64,000 nucleotides of DNA. Origin: a virus. Positions 27,911-35,531 of this stretch are shown here, in pieces. The stretch lies in the IMG/VR virus record IMGVR_UViG_3300044782_000023; one strand, given 5' to 3'. Positions within the stretch are counted from its first letter, which is position 1. Every line of letters starts with the position of its first letter. Both the position numbers and the translations under genes were made by a program. Under the pieces are notes generated by a model, which was given only the letters and a program-made list of their open reading frames with translations, did not search any database and was not told where the DNA came from.

Positions 27911-29005
27911 GTGTGGTCGACGACGCCTGAGTTCTCCGCCGCCCTTCTTGAATCTTCGCGGACGTGGAAAACGAAGATGGAAGTCCTGTACGCGGACGAG
28001 ATCGTCACCTCTCTGGACGTCATGGTCTCCGGTTATATCGGCCTGGACGACATCGCCGTCCGGCGGGAACTGCATACCACCATCGTTGATGCGGACGGGG
28101 TTATGACGCCCGCGCAGGCGACGGACCTGCTGACGCCCAAGGGCACCGAGATCCGTGTCTACCGCGGCCTTTACGTCGGCGCCGACTACGAGTGGGTGCC
28201 GATGGGGGTTTTCGGAATCGTCGAACCTGAGGTGAGATCGCATTCAGATGGGACGGTCATCGAGATCAAAGGTTTCGACCGGGTCGACAAGTTACGGGCG
28301 CTACATTTCACCGATCCGTGGGTGATCCCGGACGGCACGAATTTCGCGACAGCGATCGGCGCTATCGTTACGTCGAGGATGCCAACCGTCCCGGTTCGTC
28401 TCGCTCCGTCGACGTACACCACCCCGGCCATCACCTTCGACCGGCTGTCTTCCCCGTGGGACGCCATCAAGGTCCTGACCCAAGCCAGCGCAACGGTCGC
28501 GTATTTCGACCAGTTGGGGACGTTCGTGGTGGAGCCAGCCGTCGGCGTGCGAACAGGGATCACTTACGGCATCGGTGAACGTTCGCTGCTGATGACTAGC
28601 AGCAGGAAGTTCCTACCGACCGTCAGCGTCTACTCCGGGGTCATCGTGCGGGGTGAGCACCCGGACAAGACGCCGGTCCGAGTGGAGAAATGGGATGTCG
28701 ACCCGGCGTCGCCGACATACTCCGACGGGCCTTTCGGACGGCGCCCCTACGGCATCTATAGCCAGGCCGTCATCACCACGCCGCAGGCGCAGGCGCTCGC
28801 CGATGAAGCGCTGCCTCGGGTGACCCGGATGAAACAGGAATGCGAGATCACCACGCGTGGACATCCCGGCCATGAAGTCGGCGACATCATCACCATTGCC
28901 GACCCACGTTCGCGCACCAACGGCGACTACCAACTGATCACCGCGACGATCCCGTTGAAGAACGAGCAGGGGGCACACACTCGCCTGCGCTGCAAGGAGG
29001 CATAG
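27911..29005 (+). CDS. minor tail protein (tail hub/Tal-like, DUF5047-like)
   Basis: Motifs EWVPMGVF, PASPTYSDGPFGRRP, GHPGHEVGDII. Confidence 0.7.
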   Translation: MWSTTPEFSAALLESSRTWKTKMEVLYADEIVTSLDVMVSGYIGLDDIAVRRELHTTIVDADGVMTPAQATDLLTPKGTEIRVYRGLYVGADYEWVPMGVFGIVEPEVRSHSDGTVIEIKGFDRVDKLRALHFTDPWVIPDGTNFATAIGAIVTSRMPTVPVRLAPSTYTTPAITFDRLSSPWDAIKVLTQASATVAYFDQLGTFVVEPAVGVRTGITYGIGERSLLMTSSRKFLPTVSVYSGVIVRGEHPDKTPVRVEKWDVDPASPTYSDGPFGRRPYGIYSQAVITTPQAQALADEALPRVTRMKQECEITTRGHPGHEVGDIITIADPRSRTNGDYQLITATIPLKNEQGAHTRLRCKEA

Positions 29006-29045
29006 CCTCCACCGGACTCGGTAGAGCCCTCCTTACGTAGCAACG

Positions 29046-29102
29046 CTAACGTAGGGTCGAGGGCACCACTAACGTAGGGTCGAGGGCACCACTAACGTAG
29101 GG
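29046..29102 (+). repeat. 23-bp intergenic tandem repeat (2.5 copies)
   Basis: CTAACGTAGGGTCGAGGGCACCA twice plus CTAACGTAGGG. Confidence 0.9.
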
Positions 29103-29109
29103 AAACAGT

Positions 29110-29844
29110 GTGGAACGTGCAACGGACATCGCTAATCTCGCTGACCACATGGCGGATTCATCACCGGTCGCTACGCTACGCATCGCTGTCATCACCGCAG
29201 TACAGGCGAGCGTGGGGCGGCGAGTGCAGACCAACGCTACGGACGCTGCGTGGATACCCCGCTCCGAGGACACTACGTTAGCGGTCGGCGATCGAGTGTG
29301 GCTGCTCCAGCAGGGGGCAACGTTCGTCGTCGGAGGTCGCCTGTCAGGGGAACCGGGAGCGGTCCCCTTGGGGGCGGTGATGCCGTTCGCTGGTGCGACC
29401 GCCCCCGACGGCTGGCTGGCCTGCGATGGGGCTGCGGTATCGCGCACCACGTACGCGGGGCTTTTCGCGGTCATGGGTACTGGGTACGGAGTGGGTGACG
29501 GCAGCAGCACGTTCAACGTTCCGGATCTGCGCGAGCGGGTGCCGGTCGGTACGGGTCCTGGCCGGGCTCGCGCCGCGACTGGTGGTGCTGCGACGGTGGC
29601 CCTGTCGACGGCGAATCTGCCTGCCCACGATCACAGTTCGGCCGGTACCCACTCCCATGGCCTGAGCAGCATCGGTGGGGTGTTCGTCACCGCCGGTGGT
29701 GCTGTCGCTGCGCTCGCCAGCACGGCGGGAACGTGGGTGACGGACTCAGGCGGCAGCCATACTCACTCATCGGTAGGATCAGGGACGGCGCACGAGAATA
29801 TGATGCCGTTCGTCGTTTTGCTGTACGCGGTCCGTGCTCTGTGA
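29110..29844 (+). CDS. tail fibre protein with phage tail collar domain
   Basis: VPLGAVMPFAGATAPDGWLACDG...TFNVPDLRERVPVG. Confidence 0.85.
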   Translation: MERATDIANLADHMADSSPVATLRIAVITAVQASVGRRVQTNATDAAWIPRSEDTTLAVGDRVWLLQQGATFVVGGRLSGEPGAVPLGAVMPFAGATAPDGWLACDGAAVSRTTYAGLFAVMGTGYGVGDGSSTFNVPDLRERVPVGTGPGRARAATGGAATVALSTANLPAHDHSSAGTHSHGLSSIGGVFVTAGGAVAALASTAGTWVTDSGGSHTHSSVGSGTAHENMMPFVVLLYAVRAL

Positions 29845-29861
29845 TTTTCGGAAGGACTCTG

Positions 29862-30296
29862 ATGGCCACGCCCCGCCGTCGCTATCTGAGGCGTCTGCCT
29901 CTGATGGTCGGTGAGTACCCGCTGGAAATAGGGATGGTCGGCTACGCCGTCCTGTCGATCATCAATCTGGTAACAAATTGGGCTCCGTCCAACGCTCTGC
30001 GTGCGCTGCCCGATATGCTGGAGATTGTCTGGGCGATCCTGATGGGACTCGCCGCCGTCACCATAGCCAGTGGACTGGTGGTCAATAGGTTCGCCGTCGT
30101 CTCTACCGGGATGTATCTATTCGCAACGATTCTCGTGGCCTACTCCATTGCCATCGTGAGCGCCAGCGGCTGGCAGCGCGGGGGCGCCATCGCCGGGTTC
30201 CTCGCCATCATCGGCATCGTCTGCTTCCTGCGAGGATGGTGGCTCAAGGAACAGGAGGCCGCGCTGATCAACGAGATCGAGCGCAAGGATGCCTAA
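29862..30296 (+). CDS. multi-pass membrane protein (lysis cassette)
   Basis: GAAGGA RBS; about four hydrophobic segments. Confidence 0.65.
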   Translation: MATPRRRYLRRLPLMVGEYPLEIGMVGYAVLSIINLVTNWAPSNALRALPDMLEIVWAILMGLAAVTIASGLVVNRFAVVSTGMYLFATILVAYSIAIVSASGWQRGGAIAGFLAIIGIVCFLRGWWLKEQEAALINEIERKDA

Positions 30297-30716
30297 ATGA
30301 GCCCCACGTCCGATCCCGTGATCGTCGGGATCTTGGCCCTCCTGTCTTCAGGTGGGGCCAAATTGATTTACGACGCTAGTAGGCAGTGGCGGAGCGCTCC
30401 GCCACGCGCGGTCCGCTCCCAGGGGATCGTGGACGCGAACATCGCCACGGTGGCCCGCGCCCGCGACGAACTCGAAGAGGACAACATCCGCCTGCGTATG
30501 ATCCTAGGGGAGGAGCGCAAGCAGCGGACGGAGGTGGAGCGCTTGCACACCGAAGAACGAGCGCGCTGGCTCACCGACCAGAGGCGCCTGCGCGCCGACG
30601 TGAACCGCCTGGAGATGCGCCTGCGTAGCGAACAGGCCGACGCCGCTGCCCGATACGATGCCCTGCTGGAGCAGGTCCACCGGCTGCGCTTGCGAGCCAA
30701 CACGGAGGAAACCTGA
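30297..30716 (+). CDS. membrane-anchored coiled-coil protein (lysis cassette)
   Basis: N-terminal hydrophobic segment, charged helical remainder. Confidence 0.65.
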   Translation: MSPTSDPVIVGILALLSSGGAKLIYDASRQWRSAPPRAVRSQGIVDANIATVARARDELEEDNIRLRMILGEERKQRTEVERLHTEERARWLTDQRRLRADVNRLEMRLRSEQADAAARYDALLEQVHRLRLRANTEET

Positions 30717-31651
30717 TGGCCACTAAATACCCAGCCGCCCGCTGGCGCCCACTGTCCACCACACAGGGCCAGCCCCGGATGCAGTCCCATGACCTGATCG
30801 TTATGCACACCATGGCCGGGTACCTCACCGGCACGGATGCCATGTTCAAGAGGAACGGCTGGTCCGGTACCGAGTCCCATTTCGGCGTTGGCGGCGCATG
30901 GGGCGGCGACCGGACAGCCGGACTCGATGGTGTCGTCTACCAATGGCAGGACACCGAATTCCGGGCGGACGCGAACCTGGACGCGAACCGGTGGGCGATC
31001 AGCATCGAGACCGCCGACAACGCGCCGCTGCGGGCCAGGGACATCGAAGCCTGGACGCCGAAACAATTGGACGCCATCGTCAAACTGGTCGCCTGGTGTT
31101 GCCGGACCTACGGCATCCCCCCGATCCTGGTGCCGGATTCGAAACCCGGACGACGTGGAATCGCCTATCACCGCCAGGGGATCAGCCCCTGGAAAGTGGC
31201 AGGCGGTGACACTTGGTCCACATCGCCGGGCAAGGAATGCCCAGGCGACCGACGTATCAACCAGATCAGAAACGTTGTGATCCCTCGTGTTCAGGGGCTC
31301 CTGAATCCGAAACCCCCTGTCGTGGAGGACATCGTGGCGACGAAAGCCGAACTGAGGACACTCCTGGTCGACCTGATAAAGACTGAGAAGATCGTCCCGA
31401 ACAAGGTCTTGGACGCCGGGACGGTACAGGGCGCCGACTGGACCCTGGCGGGTGTGCTGGCCGCATCCGACCAGAAGTCGGACCTGATCCGGCGCGAGCA
31501 GACCGAGCAGGCCAAGACTCAGCAGAGCCAGAGCGAAGCCCTCACGGCCCTAGCGGTAGCCCTGAAGGCATCGGCCGCCGACGTGAAGCGCTTGGAAGGC
31601 AAGGTCGACACCCTGATCGCCCTGCTCACGCCGAAGCCACCGGCCACCTGA
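30716..31651 (+). CDS. endolysin, N-acetylmuramoyl-L-alanine amidase
   Basis: VMHTM, SHF, ISIE, HRQ...KECPG amidase_2 motifs. Confidence 0.88.
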   Translation: MATKYPAARWRPLSTTQGQPRMQSHDLIVMHTMAGYLTGTDAMFKRNGWSGTESHFGVGGAWGGDRTAGLDGVVYQWQDTEFRADANLDANRWAISIETADNAPLRARDIEAWTPKQLDAIVKLVAWCCRTYGIPPILVPDSKPGRRGIAYHRQGISPWKVAGGDTWSTSPGKECPGDRRINQIRNVVIPRVQGLLNPKPPVVEDIVATKAELRTLLVDLIKTEKIVPNKVLDAGTVQGADWTLAGVLAASDQKSDLIRREQTEQAKTQQSQSEALTALAVALKASAADVKRLEGKVDTLIALLTPKPPAT

Positions 31652-31707
31652 AACCCCCAGCCCGGGGCGCCCCGGGCTGGTCCGTATGACCCTAGGAGGA
31701 TGCCGTG

Positions 31708-32046
31708 ATGGGCATCGAGAAGTTCATCCAGTACGTTTTGATCGCCGTGCTCGGATCAACCGGCGCGACCGCGTTGATCACCGGAGACTTCACCGACCGG
31801 GTGGTGCTCATCGGCCTAGCCGTCACCACGCTCGGCGCCGCCGGGACGTACCTGGCCGCGAACACGCCGGACCAGCCGTGGGCCAAGCAGGCCATCGGCA
31901 TCTTCACCGCCGCCGTCCTCGTCCTCGTGTCGGCCTGGACGGACCAGACCATCACCACCGCGGAATTCGTTCAGATCCTCCTGGCCGCAGTAGGGGCCTG
32001 GCAGGTCGGCACCGTAGCGAACACCACACGGACCCTGTCGAAGTAG
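31708..32046 (+). CDS. holin
   Basis: Small multi-TM protein after endolysin; AGGAGG RBS. Confidence 0.7.
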   Translation: MGIEKFIQYVLIAVLGSTGATALITGDFTDRVVLIGLAVTTLGAAGTYLAANTPDQPWAKQAIGIFTAAVLVLVSAWTDQTITTAEFVQILLAAVGAWQVGTVANTTRTLSK

Positions 32047-32053
32047 AGGAGAC

Positions 32054-32084
32054 AAGCCCCCTCACGAACGGTGAGGGGGCTTTC
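32054..32084. terminator. bidirectional terminator between lysis genes and the convergent T4SS-like operon
   Basis: AAGCCCCCTCAC-GAACG-GTGAGGGGGCTT. Confidence 0.75.
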
Positions 32085-32325
32085 CCTTATCCAATGCGTT
32101 GCGCACGCTCCCGTCGGACAGTGCCAGCCGGTGAATCATCTGGGAGTCGAAACCGTGGCAGAGCAGGTAGTCCCGGACGATCGCCCCGATCCGGCACTTC
32201 GGAGTACGGGTCTCCTGATGCAGGTCCACCAGTGCAACGGCCAGGTCGGCGCTGGCGGCTTCGAGTTCATTCTGTGCCCGCAACTTCCGCGCTGCGGCCA
32301 CCCCGACGTCATCTACCGCGCTCAT
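32062..32325 (-). CDS. hypothetical protein, 87 aa, last gene of the T4SS-like operon
   Basis: ATGA overlap with the upstream hydrolase gene. Confidence 0.55.
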   Translation of the reverse strand: MSAVDDVGVAAARKLRAQNELEAASADLAVALVDLHQETRTPKCRIGAIVRDYLLCHGFDSQMIHRLALSDGSVRNALDKGKPPHRS

Positions 32326-33254
32326 CGTGCTCCCACCATCTGCCAGTGCCAACCTTCGGGCTTGCTGCCACCAGGCTCAGCCCAGTCCGGGTGATGCCAG
32401 CCGAACCGCTTGCTGTTCTCATGCATCCAGACGTCGTATGCACTTGCGACGACCCACTGGCCGCCGTCTGGACCGCACAGGTCGAGCGCCAGCCCCCAGC
32501 CGTGGTTGGATGTGCCGGGGGTCGCCGCCAGGCCGGGCTTGCGCCGACGCACGTCGATCTGCGCGGCCAGCGACCGGTACGAATCGGTGATGCACGGCTT
32601 GGACCCGAAGCGTTGCTGATAGGCCCGCGCGAGTGAGTCGAACGAGTTGGCCGCGTCGGCACGCAGCCGGTGGCGCCGATCAGCCCAGAGGGTACACAGG
32701 GCGCTCGCCGGGATCATCCCGTTCTGGTACTGGCCTGCGTCAGCGGCGCACTTCCCGGCCGCAGGCACAACGCACGTCGGCTGAACATCAACGCCGGTCA
32801 GGAACTTACGGTACGAGCCGGACCAGTACGTCACCCAGGGGTTCCACGACTGTCCGGCGTCCGACCAGACGGCGAAGGCCATCTTCATGTTGTGGCCGGG
32901 GTCGGCCCAGTTGCCGGTGGCGAGGATCGCCTCATGGATCGAGTTGATCTGCATCAGGCCGTAATCGACGGACCCGTTGCCGTTCTGGTTGGTAGCCTTG
33001 GCGTCCCAGCCGGATTCGGCCCGCGCGACCGCGACGGCGATGTCCACGTCCTGGCCCCTGAACCCGGCTCGATAGGCGTGCGCTGACACAGCAGCGGCAT
33101 CCAGCCCGCCGGTCGGGGCAGCCACCGAACAGTCGGCCGTCTCGTCGCCGGTCATGCCGGGGAACTTCGGCGGGCCGGATAGGAAAGCCGTTGCCATCAG
33201 CGGCACCATGAAGACTCCGGCTATGGGGACCAGGATTAGGGCTGCGCGCTTCAC
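32322..33254 (-). CDS. VirB1-like peptidoglycan hydrolase: lytic transglycosylase + M15B (VanY-like) peptidase
   Basis: N-terminal TM; RAESGW and GLMQIN; SYRS, TSNHGWGLALD, EGWHW. Confidence 0.85.
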   Translation of the reverse strand: MKRAALILVPIAGVFMVPLMATAFLSGPPKFPGMTGDETADCSVAAPTGGLDAAAVSAHAYRAGFRGQDVDIAVAVARAESGWDAKATNQNGNGSVDYGLMQINSIHEAILATGNWADPGHNMKMAFAVWSDAGQSWNPWVTYWSGSYRKFLTGVDVQPTCVVPAAGKCAADAGQYQNGMIPASALCTLWADRRHRLRADAANSFDSLARAYQQRFGSKPCITDSYRSLAAQIDVRRRKPGLAATPGTSNHGWGLALDLCGPDGGQWVVASAYDVWMHENSKRFGWHHPDWAEPGGSKPEGWHWQMVGAR

Positions 33255-33730
33255 CGGGCGTACTCGATGTTGAGGACTTTCCAGGCCCCGTCGACGACGA
33301 TCATGTCGAGGACGAGGTCGCCGTCGGTGGTCGGGACGGATACCTTCTGGCGGGTGGGGCCGTCGAGCAGCACCTTGACGACGCCTGTGATCCGCTGGCC
33401 GGGCGGGGGTTTCGGTGCGTCGTTGACGGACTCGACCGCTTCCTGCTGCCCGAGCCGGGCGAACCCAGCGCGGTCACCCAGCAGGAACGCGCTGACGGCC
33501 TCCATGGCGATCGGAGCACTCGGTCCATACCCGGGCGGCGGTGACCCTAGCGCTGACGCTGGAGAGGGCGGCAGTAGTCCGGTGGACTGTGCTGTCGGCG
33601 TGGGCTGCATCGTCGGGAGGTTCCTGACCCGGCTGATGGTCAATGCCATGAACATGATGATGATGAGCGCACCGGCACCGGCCGCCATCATCTTCAGCCG
33701 CTGCGGGCTGTCGAACAACCAGGCGGTCAT
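33251..33730 (-). CDS. single-pass membrane protein, putative VirB8/TcpC-like, 159 aa
   Basis: One TM, Pro-rich linker, small alpha/beta C-terminal domain; position between VirB6-like and VirB1-like genes. Confidence 0.45.
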   Translation of the reverse strand: MTAWLFDSPQRLKMMAAGAGALIIIMFMALTISRVRNLPTMQPTPTAQSTGLLPPSPASALGSPPPGYGPSAPIAMEAVSAFLLGDRAGFARLGQQEAVESVNDAPKPPPGQRITGVVKVLLDGPTRQKVSVPTTDGDLVLDMIVVDGAWKVLNIEYAR

Positions 33731-33777
33731 TCGACGGGCCCCGTCTTCAGCGCGCGGGCTTCCTTCTCGGTCATCAT
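33727..33777 (-). CDS. 16-aa micro-ORF MMTEKEARALKTGPVE
   Basis: AAGGAG RBS; ATGA overlaps at both ends. Confidence 0.4.
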   Translation of the reverse strand: MMTEKEARALKTGPVE

Positions 33778-35531
33778 GGCCGGGCTCCTTCGTTGTCGTC
33801 AGAACGCTCGTACGGGGTGTACGGGCTGGACGCGTCGTCTGGTGGTGGTATGTCGCTCGCGTCGACATGGACTTCGTAAGCGGCAGGTAAGGCGTTGACG
33901 ATGTGGCCGGTCAGGGGTTCGGCGTCCACCGTGGTCGGGGTCTCCGGCACGAACGCCGGAGTCGGGTGGTAAATGTTCGCCTGCACCACTGTTGGCGTGG
34001 TGACGTCCTCCGACAGGCGCTCCGGTTCCTGCACCTTGTCCTCCACGGCTTTCGCCACGGCAGCACCGGCGAACGACCCTCCGACGTAGGAGATCAACGC
34101 GGTCTTCAGCAGTCGACCGATGATGCTGTGACCGTCCGCGCGCCCGAAAGACACGATGGCTTTGAATTTCGCGATCGGTCCGATCGCGGCCCAGGCGATG
34201 CCGGTGCCGATCATCAGCAGCAGCAGCGACCACCACAGGCTCACGCCCGGCGCCATGCACGCTTGCAGGTAAACCCCGAACAGCCACGAGCCGACCGCTG
34301 CGATCAGCACATAGACGGTGGCCTGAATAGCGTTGTTGATCAAACCCATTCCCAACTCCTGCCCGGTTCGGCGACCGATGCGAGGCTGGAGGATGGCGGC
34401 TGTCAGGACCAGCCAGAAGATCGCCAGCATGACTAGGACAATCGCACAGGCGATCATCAGGATGGCAACGGCCAGGCGGATCGCGCAGGCCGCGACGACA
34501 GTCAGCAGTTCCACCACCGTTTCCGTCGAACCTGACTCCTGGCCAGTCAGGTACCTATAGGCCGTCGGATCTTCCGCTTCCACCTTCGCGGCGATGTCCT
34601 TGAACTGATCAGCCTTCGTCTTCGTCAGCGCTTCGCGGGCCTTCGGCTGATCCTTCGGGTCCAACGCGTTGATCGAGTCGAGTTCCGTCCAGGAGACCCT
34701 GGTGCTGGCCAGGAGGTCCGGCCCATAGGTGGCGGCCACCGGAGTCACGGCGCTACCGAAGTTACGTCGCAGCCACCCCTGGTACTGAACGTTCTTCACG
34801 ACCTGGTTGGTGGCCGCGTCCGAGGGGTTCGCGCCGTCGTTCAGCGTGGCCACCAGCGTCCCTGCGGCCGTCTGACTGACTTCCGATGCGAGCATCGGGG
34901 ACAGCAGCAGCAGGCTAGAGATGGTGATGACAATGAAAACCCAGCCGACATTAGTTGCGGCGGAAGACATGTCACCGCTCTGAGCGCGATACAGCAGGAC
35001 GATGGTGGCGAAGGTGATCGCTAACGCCAGGAAAGGAACGAGGATGCTGGTATTCACCACGCCGGTAGCACGAGCCGCGAAGTCGTCAAGGAACGCGACC
35101 ACCCATCCGGGCTCCCAGGCTCGCCGGTCCACCGAATCTGTCAGCGACACCAGGCCGTCACCGATCGAGGTGATGGTGTTCGCGATCGCCGAGTCGGCAG
35201 ACGCGTTCGTTATCCGCGCCCACGATGTGGGGTCGATCGCGCATCCCAAGTCGTAGGTGTGTGAGCGAAGGCCCGCGAAGCCGCCGGTACTCCAGATGTG
35301 GTCGGGTGAGTTGTCCGACGTGACGACGATGGGGCGTTCACCCAGGAGCCCGGCCAGGCCAGTCTCCGGGGTGGCTGCGAACGGCGCCTGCTTCGGACAC
35401 ACCTCAACTCCGGGGATGTCCACTGACCTGACTGCGGCATCCGACGACGATGCGGCCCAGACGATCAGCAGCAGCCCGGCCGCGCAAAAGAACAGGAACA
35501 ACCGCAACCGCGAGTTCCATCGGCGCTTCAC
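33774..35531 (-). CDS. VirB6/TrbL/TcpH-like polytopic membrane protein, 585 aa
   Basis: Signal/TM N-terminus, several TM helices, low-complexity C-tail; immediately downstream of VirB4. Confidence 0.65.
   Translation of the reverse strand: MKRRWNSRLRLFLFFCAAGLLLIVWAASSSDAAVRSVDIPGVEVCPKQAPFAATPETGLAGLLGERPIVVTSDNSPDHIWSTGGFAGLRSHTYDLGCAIDPTSWARITNASADSAIANTITSIGDGLVSLTDSVDRRAWEPGWVVAFLDDFAARATGVVNTSILVPFLALAITFATIVLLYRAQSGDMSSAATNVGWVFIVITISSLLLLSPMLASEVSQTAAGTLVATLNDGANPSDAATNQVVKNVQYQGWLRRNFGSAVTPVAATYGPDLLASTRVSWTELDSINALDPKDQPKAREALTKTKADQFKDIAAKVEAEDPTAYRYLTGQESGSTETVVELLTVVAACAIRLAVAILMIACAIVLVMLAIFWLVLTAAILQPRIGRRTGQELGMGLINNAIQATVYVLIAAVGSWLFGVYLQACMAPGVSLWWSLLLLMIGTGIAWAAIGPIAKFKAIVSFGRADGHSIIGRLLKTALISYVGGSFAGAAVAKAVEDKVQEPERLSEDVTTPTVVQANIYHPTPAFVPETPTTVDAEPLTGHIVNALPAAYEVHVDASDIPPPDDASSPYTPYERSDDNEGARP

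Noticed and set aside
29046-29102. Possible CRISPR array
   Set aside because: Repeats are directly adjacent with no spacers, and no cas genes are present.
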